From positions 544,001 through 608,000 of the forward strand of contig CAXXYE010000004.1 in the NCBI GenBank assembly GCA_963674865.2: a DNA stretch of 64,000 bases, given 5' to 3'. Under the pieces are notes generated by a model. That model saw only the letters and a program-made list of their open reading frames with translations. It searched no databases and had not been told where the DNA came from. The position numbers were made by a program, and so were the translations under genes. The stretch is from Candidatus Hydrogenedentota bacterium. GTDB taxonomy: Bacteria > Hydrogenedentota > Hydrogenedentia > Hydrogenedentales > SLHB01. Positions 45,003 to 54,455 of this stretch are shown here, piece by piece (the stretch's first letter is position 1; each line of letters begins with the position of its first letter).

Positions 45003-47174
45003 TCAGTACTGAACTTCCTCGGAGGCGCCTTTCGATACGCGCCCCCTGAAATGACTTAGTCGGCTTATGGTGAACGTCCTTACGAGCGTCTTCCCGCGCC
45101 AAACGTTCACCGTTTCGAGGCACTTCCCGTCGTCGAAGGCCCCCAAGCCTACCATGGCCGCGATGTAGCGCTGCGCCCGCTCCTCATCGCTGCCCGTCAC
45201 GAAGATCCCGTCCCGGCCGATGTACTTCTCGGGATTGGCCCAGATGTCGTATTGGTTCATCCGCCGCATCCCCGTGTCGAGGCAGTGAACGAAAGGATGC
45301 CCCTTCGTGTAGAACGCGAGCCACGCAGTGATCTGATACCTGTCGCTGAAGAGGAAGGGGCCCGTATCCTTGCCGGAGCCGACATACTTAGACACCGCTT
45401 CCCCCAGTTCGCGTCCGCCGATGAGCTTATTCGTGGGATCCTTCGACGGCGAAATCTCGAATCCTGAGAGATGGATGCGATCCGGCCTGTCTCCCTCTTT
45501 CACGAAGGGCGCCGTCGCCCAGTACAGTAGCCCGGTTGACCTCGCCCCGAGGCCCAACGCACACCCAAGAACCACACCCGCCACAAGCAGATTCCTCATC
45601 TTTTTGCCGCGCGGCACGCCGTACCACGTTAGGCCCAGAGCCGGCGCCGTCGCGAGATACGAGCAAGCCGACCAGTTGGGAAGCGACTTGCGCGTGAAGG
45701 CGAGCACGCCGTAGAAGCCGAACAAGACGATGAAACAGAGAAACAGATACGCCGCATCGCGCTCGGCCCTGAAACGCCGGGCCGTACGCACCATCGCCCA
45801 GATGAACAACCCAAACAAGATGGGGGACACTACCCCCAACTGCCCCCCGAGAAAATCCCCAAAATACTTGATCGACTTGCCGGGCGAACGGACACCGCGC
45901 GCGCCGATGCTGGCCGTATGCTTAACGGAGACCCAGTCGTTCGAGTAGTTCCAGTAGATGACCCCGCTCATCAGCAGAAGAGCGATGAGTACGGCGCAGT
46001 ACGGTTTGCGAGTAAGCAGCCATTTCCTGTCCACTAACAACAGATAAAGCGCGAACGACACGCCAAGCAGCAACATCGTGTACTTCGAGAGGGTTCCCAG
46101 ACCGAGGGCCATCCCCGCCGTGAGCCACCATGACCAGCCCCCCTCGTTGACCGCCCGATGAAAGGCGTACATCGCGAGCACCCAGAAGAACGCGAGGATA
46201 GGATCAACCGTGAGAATGACCGACCCCGCCCAGATCAACGGCGTGGCCATCAGCGCAATGGCCGCCAGCAGCGCCGCCCGCTCACTCTTGGCGATGCGCA
46301 GTGTCAAGCCGTAGACCAAAGCCAGCATCCCTGAGGTGAACAGTATGGCCCCGCTACGAATGGCCCACGGCGCGCTGCCTCCGGCCCCTTCGAGAATGGC
46401 GTTCACGTAAGCGACCATCGGCGGTTTGCTGTAGTAACCAAGTTCGAGCCTACGCGACCAGTCCCAGTACTGAGCCTCGTCCCCGGCCAGGTCGAAAAGG
46501 TTGAGATGCACGAAAACGAAATTGAACAGAGTCCATCCCGCCAAGAGCCAGAGGAATTTCTTGCGCTCGGGCGAAGCCGCCGCGAAGAGTGACTCCTCCG
46601 AGGCCTTTCCGCGAAGACGCTCCACGACTACGGAAACCGCCTTGAACATGGCGAAGCCGCATGCGCCGCCCCAAAAGTAGCCGGCCAATACGTCCAGGGG
46701 ATAGTGATTTCCCGTGTACACCCTCGAAAGGCCCACGGCCAGCGCAAGGGGAACCGTCCCCCAGAGCGTGCGGCGGTGAAGAAAGAATAACACCGCGGCC
46801 ACGGCGGCAATGTTGGCCGCATGAGAGGATGGAAACGCGTTGCTCTGCCGCTTGTCAAACGCATACCACGCCGGATCATAGAGTACCCACTTCCCGCCCC
46901 GGTGGACGTGCACGTTCTCCAATACGGCGTAAGGCCGCTTCTCATTGAAGATGTTCTTGAGAGCGTGCTCCGTAAGAGCATCGGAGAAAGCAAGGGCACA
47001 GACTAGCGCAAGAACGCACGTGCGAACGCGCCTCCTGCCGAAGTACACCAGCAAAACAAGGACAACGAAGCCAGGGATAACGACGTAGTTCTTGTCCGAG
47101 AACGCCGGCAAGACCTGATCCAGGAAAGGGTTCTTCATCGTGCCGTTGATGAATCGAAAGACGGCGACGTTCAT
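45003..47174 (-). CDS. PAP2 phosphatase fused to an ArnT/PMT-like (GT-C) glycosyltransferase
   Basis: KNIFNEKRP, FPSSH, SRVYTGNHYPLDV; DEAQYWDWS...GYYSKPP, GTLSKYT, many TM segments. Confidence 0.88.
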   Translation of the reverse strand: MNVAVFRFINGTMKNPFLDQVLPAFSDKNYVVIPGFVVLVLLVYFGRRRVRTCVLALVCALAFSDALTEHALKNIFNEKRPYAVLENVHVHRGGKWVLYDPAWYAFDKRQSNAFPSSHAANIAAVAAVLFFLHRRTLWGTVPLALAVGLSRVYTGNHYPLDVLAGYFWGGACGFAMFKAVSVVVERLRGKASEESLFAAASPERKKFLWLLAGWTLFNFVFVHLNLFDLAGDEAQYWDWSRRLELGYYSKPPMVAYVNAILEGAGGSAPWAIRSGAILFTSGMLALVYGLTLRIAKSERAALLAAIALMATPLIWAGSVILTVDPILAFFWVLAMYAFHRAVNEGGWSWWLTAGMALGLGTLSKYTMLLLGVSFALYLLLVDRKWLLTRKPYCAVLIALLLMSGVIYWNYSNDWVSVKHTASIGARGVRSPGKSIKYFGDFLGGQLGVVSPILFGLFIWAMVRTARRFRAERDAAYLFLCFIVLFGFYGVLAFTRKSLPNWSACSYLATAPALGLTWYGVPRGKKMRNLLVAGVVLGCALGLGARSTGLLYWATAPFVKEGDRPDRIHLSGFEISPSKDPTNKLIGGRELGEAVSKYVGSGKDTGPFLFSDRYQITAWLAFYTKGHPFVHCLDTGMRRMNQYDIWANPEKYIGRDGIFVTGSDEERAQRYIAAMVGLGAFDDGKCLETVNVWRGKTLVRTFTISRLSHFRGRVSKGASEEVQY

Positions 47175-47461
47175 GCTCTCATACCTTCCCTTTGCTCGGT
47201 TTTAGCCTTCTCAAGTCTCCCGAATGGCACGCTCGCATGTCAACCGCCCATCGCGCCTCCGCCAAATCCACCGCCTCTTGGCAGAAATGCCGAAAACTGC
47301 TAAAATCCAGACAAGGGAAGCGTAGCCACAGGCAAGCATCCGGCATCCCAGGAGGGAGGTCAGCCGTGGGAACGCACAGATTGGCGCAGATTCACACCGC
47401 CCCGAAGGCGGCCCCGCATGCCACGCGCCGCAAAGTCCCACCTGCGGGCCACGCACGCGAT

Positions 47462-48277
47462 ATGGCCCCGGCCCTCCACATCGACCACGCCGCCATCCTT
47501 CGCGCGGCCCGGCAGCACGGCCCCGGGGCCAACATCATCCTGATCTTCCTTCGCCAGCTCTTTCGCGAGACCCTCGTCCGCCGCTGGAAAGGCATCGACT
47601 TCCGGCGCAACCGCAACGACGACGCCTGCAATGCTTACTGCGCCATGGAGGTCTACGAGTTCACCACGATCAACGCCCGCCAAGCGTGGGCCAACTGGCG
47701 AACGATCCCCCGCAACCTCGACCAGAAACTCCCCGGCCGGCCCGTCAGGGCCATCGACCTCTGCTGCGGCACCGGCGAATCCACCGCCGTGCTGGCCCAC
47801 TACTGCGCGCCCGGCTCAACCATCCTTGGCATCGACTACAACCCCCGCTTCCTCGAAGTCGCCCGCGCCCGCGACTACCTCAACAGCCACGGGGGGACCG
47901 CGTCTGTGTCATTCCGCGCCCAAAGCGTCCTCGAAACACTCCGCGACGCCGACGGCGTACCCATCCCCGACAACAGCATCGACCTTGTCAACGCCAGCGG
48001 CGCCGTCGGCTGCCACTTCGACTCCGAGGCCGCCGCCATCCTCGCCCGTGAATGCCAACGCGTCATCCGCCCCGGTGGACTCGCCAACATCGACACCGGA
48101 CGCCAAGGCACCCCGCGCGATGTACTCGCCCGCATCTTTGCCCGACACGGATTCACCGTCGTCGGCCAAGCCCGTAGCTGCTTCCTCGACCGCTACACCC
48201 AGCTCAGCCTCCGCAAGGACGCCGCATCAGGGGACATGTTCAAAGCGCCTTCCCCGGCACGACTACGTGTCCCCTGA
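47462..48277 (+). CDS. Class I SAM-dependent methyltransferase
   Basis: AIDLCCGTG, GIDYNP, RVIRPGG; start uncertain; last ~15 codons come from a REP-B copy. Confidence 0.8.
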   Translation: MAPALHIDHAAILRAARQHGPGANIILIFLRQLFRETLVRRWKGIDFRRNRNDDACNAYCAMEVYEFTTINARQAWANWRTIPRNLDQKLPGRPVRAIDLCCGTGESTAVLAHYCAPGSTILGIDYNPRFLEVARARDYLNSHGGTASVSFRAQSVLETLRDADGVPIPDNSIDLVNASGAVGCHFDSEAAAILARECQRVIRPGGLANIDTGRQGTPRDVLARIFARHGFTVVGQARSCFLDRYTQLSLRKDAASGDMFKAPSPARLRVP

Positions 48278-48303
48278 TCCCCTCATCCTGTCAATCCTGT
48301 CGA
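48229..48303. repeat. REP-B followed by an ATCCTGTCAATCCTGTC half-arm
   Basis: AGGGGACATGTTCAAAGCGCCTTCCCCGGCACGACTACGTGTCCCCT; CATCCTGTCAATCCTGTC. Confidence 0.75.
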
Positions 48304-48341
48304 AAAAGAGTCCCCACATTCCCCCGTCCCGGCGACCTTAC

Positions 48342-49490
48342 CTAGCGCCCCCGACCCCGCCCTAGCCGCTCAAGAAACGAACGCCGCCGCGGATACGCCC
48401 CCGGCTCCTCGATCTCCTTCAACCGGCGCACAACCTCCTCGGCCTCACGCGACAGCCGCGTCGGTACTTCAACCTGCACCCGCACCAACTGATCGCCCTT
48501 GCCGCGTCCGCGAAACGCGGGCAATCCAAGGCCGCGCAGACGCAGCACCTGCCCGGACTGTGTCCCGGCGGGCACTCGGAGGTCGGCCTGGCCCTTCAAC
48601 GTGGGCACGCGGATCGTATCGCCCAGGGCCGCCTGTGCAAACGTGATCGGCGCCTCGCACACGACGTCGTTCCCGGAGCGCTCGAAGAAGGCATCTTTCA
48701 AGACGTTGACGACAACAAACAGATCTCCGCTCGGTGCGCCCGCTTCACCCGCATTGCCTTGCCCCGCCAGCCGCAGCCGCGTTCCGGTATCCGCGCCCGC
48801 AGGTATCGTCACAGTAACCGTGCGCGATTCCGTTGTCTGCCCCGCGCCTTTGCATGCCGCGCATAACTTGGCAATAACCTGCCCCGTGCCGTGACACTTC
48901 GGACAACTCTGGCTGACGAAGACGTGCGCTCCGCCGCCCTGCGTCGCCTGCCCGGAGCCATGACACTGCGGACACGTCTCCGGCTTAGTGCCCGGCGCCG
49001 CGCCGGTGCCCTTGCACGTTCCACAGGCCGCCCGGCGTGGCACGCGCACCGTTTTCTTCACGCCATCGACCACGTCAAACAGCGACACGTCCAGGCGGAC
49101 CTCGATGTCCTGGCCCCTCCGAGGCCCCGCAGGCCTCGCCTTTCCGCCGCGGCCGAACAGATCCCCGAAAAGATCGCCCAGCGAGAAGTCGAATCCGAAA
49201 CCTTCACCCGCCCCGTACCCTTCCTGCGCATTTCCCTGGAAGCCCGGGCCGCCCCAGAACGGGCTGGCCTGCATCGCGTCGTATTCCTTGCGCTTCTCCG
49301 GATTCTTCAGCGTATCGTAAGCTGCATTGATCTCCTTCAACTTCTCCTCGGCCGCCTTATCGCCGCCCGTCTTATCGGGATGATACTTCCGGGCCAGCTC
49401 AAGGTACGCGCGGCGGATCTCCTCCTTCGACGCGTCCTTCGACACGCCAAGGATCTCATAGTAGTCTTGTCTCGTCGCAGTAGCTGGCAT
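48342..49490 (-). CDS. dnaJ: Chaperone DnaJ
   Basis: DYYEILGV, HPD, G/F region, four CxxCxGxG zinc motifs. Confidence 0.97.
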   Translation of the reverse strand: MPATATRQDYYEILGVSKDASKEEIRRAYLELARKYHPDKTGGDKAAEEKLKEINAAYDTLKNPEKRKEYDAMQASPFWGGPGFQGNAQEGYGAGEGFGFDFSLGDLFGDLFGRGGKARPAGPRRGQDIEVRLDVSLFDVVDGVKKTVRVPRRAACGTCKGTGAAPGTKPETCPQCHGSGQATQGGGAHVFVSQSCPKCHGTGQVIAKLCAACKGAGQTTESRTVTVTIPAGADTGTRLRLAGQGNAGEAGAPSGDLFVVVNVLKDAFFERSGNDVVCEAPITFAQAALGDTIRVPTLKGQADLRVPAGTQSGQVLRLRGLGLPAFRGRGKGDQLVRVQVEVPTRLSREAEEVVRRLKEIEEPGAYPRRRSFLERLGRGRGR

Positions 49491-49616
49491 ACAACCTCAC
49501 CTTCCACGGGAGGGGCACGTTTCTGCGTGCCCGTGCCGGAGCAAGAACCCGCCCCTCCTCGTTGTCGAATACGTCACCGAACGCACAAGACGGCTTGCCA
49601 AAACGGCCGCGCCGCC

Positions 49617-51524
49617 TTACTTGTCGTCAACAACCGTGTAATCGGCATCCACCGCAGCTCCGCCGTTGTCATCGGCAGGCCCACCATGGGGCGCAGCGGC
49701 GCCCGCGGTGGCATGCTCTTCGGCGCCGGCCGTGCGATACATCGCCTCGGCCAACTTGTGCGACGCAGCATTTACGCCCTCCACGGCCGACTCGATGGCC
49801 GCTGTATCATCGCCTTTCAACGCCTCGCGCAGGCCATCCAAAGCCGACTCGATGGCTGCCTTGTCCGACGCGTCGATCTTGTCCTCGTTCTCCTTGAGCG
49901 ACCTTTCCGTCGCATAGAGGAGCTGATCGGCGTTATTCCGCACTTCGATGCCGCGCCGGCGCTCGCTATCCTCCTGGGCGTGCGCTTCGGCGTCCTTCAC
50001 CATCCGCTCGACTTCCGCCTCGCTCAGGCCCGACGACGCCTCGATGCGAATCTTCTGCTCCTTGCCCGAGGCCACGTCCTTGGCCGAAACGTGCAGGATG
50101 CCGTCCGCGTCGATGTCGAACGTCACCTCGATCTGCGGCAGGCCGCGCGGCGCGGGGGGGATGCCCTCCAGGTTGAACCGGCCCAGCGTGCGGTTATCCG
50201 ACGCCATCTCGCGCTCGCCCTGGAGCACGTGAACCGTCACGGCAGTCTGGTTGTCGGCCGCGGTCGAGAAGACTTCCCGCTTCGACACCGGAATCGTCGT
50301 ATTACGATCCACCAGCTTCGTGAACACGCCGCCCAGCGTCTCCACACCCAGCGAAAGCGGCGTCACGTCCAGAAGAAGCACGTCCTTCACCTCGCCTGAC
50401 AGGACCCCTGCCTGGATGGCCGCGCCTATCGCCACCACCTCATCGGGATTGACGCCGCGGTGCGGCTCCGTCCCGAACAGACGCTTCACGAGCTCGCCCA
50501 CGGCCGGCATGCGCGTCATGCCGCCTACCAGGATCACCTCGTCGATATCCGACGCCTTCAAACCGGCATCCTTCAGGGCCTGCTCGCAGGGCGCCTTCGT
50601 CCTGTCAAGCAGGTCGCCGCACAAATCCTCCAGCTTCGCACGCGTCAGCCGGTAGTTCAGATGCTTCGGGCCGCCTGCATCCGCCGTGATAAACGGCAGG
50701 TTCACATCCGTTTGCAGCGACGTCGACAGCTCGCACTTCGCCTTCTCGGCCGCCTCTTTGAGACGCTGCAACGCCATCGCGTCCTTGCGCAGGTCGATGC
50801 CCTGCTCCTTCTTGAACTCATCCGCCAGCCAGTCGATCACGCGCTGATCGAAATCATCGCCGCCCAGGTGCGTGTCGCCGTTAGTGCTCAGCACCTCGAA
50901 GCTTCCGCCCGCCAGCGCCAGAATCGAGATGTCAAAGGTTCCGCCGCCCAAGTCGAACACGGCGACCTTCTCATCCTTCTTTTTTTCCAGCCCGTAGGCC
51001 AGCGCCGCGGCGGTCGGCTCATTGATGATGCGCAAGACCTCGAGTCCCGCAATGCGCCCTGCGTCCTTCGTCGCTTGACGCTGCGAGTCGTTGAAATACG
51101 CCGGCACCGTGATAACGGCCTTCGTAACCTTCTGTCCCAGATAGGTTTCCGCCGCTTCCTTCATCTTCTGAAGGATCATGCCGGAGATCTCCGGCGGACG
51201 ATGCCGTTTGCCTTGCGCCTCGACATCACAGTCCCCCGAGCGTGCCCGGCTCACCTTATACGGAACAAGGGTGATCTCCTCGGACACCTCATCGTAACGT
51301 CTTCCCATAAAACGCTTTATCGAGAAGACCGTGTTCTCGGGATTTGTGACGGCCTGACGCTTCGCGGCCGCGCCCACCAGACGCTCACCGTCCTTGGTGA
51401 ATGCCACTACCGACGGCGTAGTCCGGCTCCCTTCCGGATTTGTTATGACGGCCGGGTCGCCGCCTTCCAAGACAGCGACGCATGAATTGGTCGTTCCTAA
51501 GTCGATTCCAATGGTCTTTGACAT
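49617..51524 (-). CDS. dnaK: Chaperone DnaK (Hsp70)
   Basis: [43 protein letters not shown]. Confidence 0.99.
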   Translation of the reverse strand: MSKTIGIDLGTTNSCVAVLEGGDPAVITNPEGSRTTPSVVAFTKDGERLVGAAAKRQAVTNPENTVFSIKRFMGRRYDEVSEEITLVPYKVSRARSGDCDVEAQGKRHRPPEISGMILQKMKEAAETYLGQKVTKAVITVPAYFNDSQRQATKDAGRIAGLEVLRIINEPTAAALAYGLEKKKDEKVAVFDLGGGTFDISILALAGGSFEVLSTNGDTHLGGDDFDQRVIDWLADEFKKEQGIDLRKDAMALQRLKEAAEKAKCELSTSLQTDVNLPFITADAGGPKHLNYRLTRAKLEDLCGDLLDRTKAPCEQALKDAGLKASDIDEVILVGGMTRMPAVGELVKRLFGTEPHRGVNPDEVVAIGAAIQAGVLSGEVKDVLLLDVTPLSLGVETLGGVFTKLVDRNTTIPVSKREVFSTAADNQTAVTVHVLQGEREMASDNRTLGRFNLEGIPPAPRGLPQIEVTFDIDADGILHVSAKDVASGKEQKIRIEASSGLSEAEVERMVKDAEAHAQEDSERRRGIEVRNNADQLLYATERSLKENEDKIDASDKAAIESALDGLREALKGDDTAAIESAVEGVNAASHKLAEAMYRTAGAEEHATAGAAAPHGGPADDNGGAAVDADYTVVDDK

Positions 51525-51581
51525 GACTCGAATACCTCCTTGACAAAACAGAGTTCAGAGCGTGCGAACGAGTGCCTGAGG

Positions 51582-51634
51582 AAAAGGGGACATGTTCCAA
51601 GCGCCGTCCCCGGCGCGACTACGTGTACCCTTTT
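51582..51634. repeat. REP-B palindrome in the dnaK 5' leader
   Basis: AAAAGGGGACATGTTCCAAGCGCCGTCCCCGGCGCGACTACGTGTACCCTTTT. Confidence 0.85.
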
Positions 51635-51724
51635 CCAGCCACCACGACCTCCTTCACAGACTCTCAGCGCCGCCCGGCCTAGACATACCGGCCGGGGACC
51701 GGCTTCTACCTCGCCAAGGTAGGC

Positions 51725-51740
51725 GCAAAGCACATGCCAA
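51725..51740 (-). promoter_or_regulatory. Sigma54 (-24/-12) promoter upstream of dnaK
   Basis: Minus strand reads TTGGCATGTGCTTTGC, matching TGGCAYG-N4-TTGC. Confidence 0.7.
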
Positions 51741-52142
51741 GAGCTTCTGAAGCGTAGAACGTGGTGGGCGGCGGCCCAATGCCCCACGAAGACGGAACGC
51801 AAGTACCCATCAGAAAATCACTTACGAACGAACAAGCATGTTCCGCCCTTATGGACGGCATTCCATGGTAAAAGCGTCTTCAATAGGCCGTCCGTCTCAG
51901 TCTGAAACACCCCCGCCCCCATTTGGAACAGCTCAACGCCACTTCGCAAGGCCACACACGGCCGTCACCAGCACACAGCACGGGATTCTGAAATCCTGAG
52001 ATCTGAGATCTCCTCGTCCTCGGCGCCACAAACCGGCCCCAAACCCTTTCGCGCGCCTGGTTCCTTGCCGCCGCAACGAAATCGGGGGGCATGTTCAAAG
52101 CGCCGTCCCCGGCGCGACTGCGTGTCCACTAATCTCGACCCG

Positions 52143-52774
52143 CCGGAGCGAAGCAGGAGAGGGACTGATGCAAGCGAGCGAGTCCCCGAGCGAGACGTGT
52201 CTGTCCCTTTCCCTGCGAAGCAACCCGCCAATAGCGGCAACAAGTCGCACGCGCCCCCTACATCTCCGGCCCCGCCGCCTTGCGCCCGCAGTCGGCGCAG
52301 GCCCCGTCCCGCAGGTGGTTCACCGTGCCAGAGAACCCCCGCCGCTCGATAACGACCGCCTTGCATCCCGGACAGTACGTGTTCTCACCGTCCGCGTCCG
52401 CCACATTGCCCAGGTACACGTACTCGAGCCCCGCCTCGATGCCTATCTCACGCGCCTCCCGGAGCGAAGCAGGAGAGGGACTGATGCAAGCGAGCGAGTC
52501 CCCGAGCGAGACGTGTCTGTCCCTTTCCCTGCGAAGCAACCCGCCAATACCGGCAAGGAGTCGCACACGCCCCCTACATCGCAAGCCCCGCCGCCTTGCG
52601 CCCGCAGTTGGCGCAGGCCCCGTCCCGCAGGTGGTTCACCGTGCCAGAGAAGCCCCGCCGCTCGATAACGACCGCCTTGCATCCCGGACAGTACGTGTTC
52701 TCACCGTCCGCGTCCGCCACATTGCCCAGGTACACGTACTCGAGCCCCGCCTCGATGCCTATCTCACGCGCCTC
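52143..52774. repeat. 316-bp tandem duplication (REP-A plus 3' end of amrS)
   Basis: 52143-52458 versus 52459-52774, near-identical with scattered substitutions; CCGGAGCG.AGCA at 52143, 52459 and 52775. Confidence 0.92.
52258..52466 (-). pseudogene. Duplicated 3' fragment of amrS
   Basis: LREAREIGIEAGLEYVYLGNV...CADCGRKAAGPEM*. Confidence 0.8.
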
Positions 52775-53587
52775 CCGGAGCGTAGCAACCGGCGTGGGGG
52801 AGAGATCATCCATTTTGTACGTCGGGAAGAACCGGCTGATGTGCCACGGCGTATCGCGTCCCAAGTCGTTGGCAACGAACTCCGCGATATCACTGAGCTC
52901 CTCCGAACTGTCATTCACCGTCGGGATCACCAGCGTCGTGACTTCCACCCACACGCCCAAGTCCTTCATCCGCCTTAGACTGTCAAGCACAGGTTCAAGC
53001 CGCCCGCCGGCGTACTTCCGGTACGTATCGTCGCGAAACGCCTTCAAGTCCACATTCGCCGCATCGAGATAAGGCTCGAACGTATCCAACATCTCCCGCG
53101 TCATGAAACCGTTCGTCACGAACGTGTTGAACAGCCCGGCCTCCCGGGCCGCCCGCGCCGTGTCATAGGCGTACTCGAAAAAGACCGTCGGCTCCGTGTA
53201 CGTGTACGAGATGCTCCGGCAGCCTTTCCGCTGCGCGTCGGCCACGATCTGTTCGGGCGAAACCTGCCGCCCCGCCACGAAATGCTGCTCCCGCGGCATC
53301 TGCGAGATCTGCCAGTTCTGACACCAACTACACCGGAAATTGCACCCCGGCGTCGCAATCGAATAAGCCGACGACCCCGGCGCCACGTGAAACAACGGCT
53401 TCTTCTCGATGGGATCCACATTCGCGCTGATCGTCCGGCCATAGACAAGCGAGTACAGCTTGCCTTCCCTATTCTCCCGAACCTGGCAAATGCCGCGCTG
53501 CCCCGCCTTCAACAGACAGCGATGCCCGCACAGGTTGCACCGCACCTGCCCCCCCGACAAGGCCTCATACAGCATCGCCTCCTTCAT
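52574..53587 (-). CDS. amrS: AmmeMemoRadiSam system radical SAM enzyme
   Basis: MKEAMLYE, DPIEKKPLFH, CNFRCSWCQNW, YTYTEP, WHISRFFP, YVYLGNV. Confidence 0.93.
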   Translation of the reverse strand: MKEAMLYEALSGGQVRCNLCGHRCLLKAGQRGICQVRENREGKLYSLVYGRTISANVDPIEKKPLFHVAPGSSAYSIATPGCNFRCSWCQNWQISQMPREQHFVAGRQVSPEQIVADAQRKGCRSISYTYTEPTVFFEYAYDTARAAREAGLFNTFVTNGFMTREMLDTFEPYLDAANVDLKAFRDDTYRKYAGGRLEPVLDSLRRMKDLGVWVEVTTLVIPTVNDSSEELSDIAEFVANDLGRDTPWHISRFFPTYKMDDLSPTPVATLREAREIGIEAGLEYVYLGNVADADGENTYCPGCKAVVIERRGFSGTVNHLRDGACANCGRKAAGLAM

Positions 53588-53625
53588 CGCCGCCTCCTTG
53601 CCATATCCAACATTCTACAATCCGC

Positions 53626-53707
53626 TGGCCGCGAAAAGCACAAAGAACCGCAAGAACGGGACCCCTTGTTCGCGCCTTCTCGTGCCTTTTCGTGTTTCTT
53701 GTGGCCA
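53626..53707. repeat. Periodic palindrome of the CCACGAA/TTCGTGG family directly downstream of the second GxxExxY gene
   Basis: TGGCCGCGAAAAGCACAAAGAACCGCAAGAA...TTCTCGTGCCTTTTCGTGTTTCTTGTGGCCA. Confidence 0.75.
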
Positions 53708-53735
53708 CTCTCACGTCTTCTCGCATTCTCAGTGG

Positions 53736-54122
53736 CTATTCTTTCTTCGTCATCAGATACTTCTTCACATACAGCCTGGCCCCGCCGAAGTTGATCAGCA
53801 ATCCCGTCTCGACCCGTGCCGACTTCAAATACCCCAGTATCTGAGCCACATGCTCATCGGCGATGGCCCTAACCGCTTTCAGTTCCACGATCAGGCAATC
53901 CTCGATATACAAGTCCGCAAAGTACTCACCCAAAACCGTGCCGTCTTCATCGTAAACCGTCAGCGGAAACTGCTGCTCGACCTTCAGGCCCTGTTGCCGC
54001 AGACGATGCACGAGTGCGTTCTCGTAAACCTTCTCAAGATGGCCGTTTCGGTGGTACTTGTGGATCGCGAAGGCCGTTTCCCTCACAACATCACACAGCG
54101 TGTTGATATCGTCCCACTTCAT
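53736..54122 (-). CDS. GxxExxY protein (PD-(D/E)xK nuclease family, PDDEXK_3)
   Basis: GHLEKVYENAL, ADLYIEDCLIVELKA, QILGYL, GLLINFG. Confidence 0.95.
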   Translation of the reverse strand: MKWDDINTLCDVVRETAFAIHKYHRNGHLEKVYENALVHRLRQQGLKVEQQFPLTVYDEDGTVLGEYFADLYIEDCLIVELKAVRAIADEHVAQILGYLKSARVETGLLINFGGARLYVKKYLMTKKE

Positions 54123-54333
54123 CTTCTGTCACCGCTTTCCAAGCACGATCACGCAACAAGCAACTCAATCCGGATATGACTGAGGAGCACGAAACGATCC
54201 CCCGATGTCACAGCCACTATTCTAAGCACACTCCTCCGTAAGTCAAACAGAAGATGGGAATTGAGTAGAATACGCGGAATTCGGCGCTCCCAGCGGCGGC
54301 GCTCAACAGACAGACGAGCGTTAGCGAAAAACA

Positions 54334-54396
54334 GACAGGATTAACAAAATTCATACGATTTCCGCCCGGAATCTTGTCAATCTTGTTAATCCTGTC
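54334..54396. repeat. Gene-less ACAGGAT/ATCCTGT-family hairpin upstream of the second GxxExxY gene
   Basis: GACAGGATTAACAA...TTGTTAATCCTGTC, a perfect 14-bp inverted repeat. Confidence 0.85.
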
Positions 54397-54455
54397 CAAA
54401 AAACGCCCTTAGAAGGCCCTGCCCAACGACCTCCCTTCACCGGGCCGGCTCGTCC

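Noticed and set aside
51540..51600. CIRCE operator upstream of dnaK
   Set aside because: Only a partial GGCACTC half-site is present, with no correctly spaced inverted partner.
52143..52774. DGR template/variable repeat pair
   Set aside because: Differences between the copies are not restricted to adenines and there is no reverse transcriptase in the window.
14955..54399. Short ORFs in repeat-rich spacers (15065-15418, 15100-15612, 18588-18827, 18837-19451, 32546-32995, 54217-54399)
   Set aside because: They are translations of REP-like repeats (DRINKIDKI, KGTDTSR patterns) and are probably spurious.
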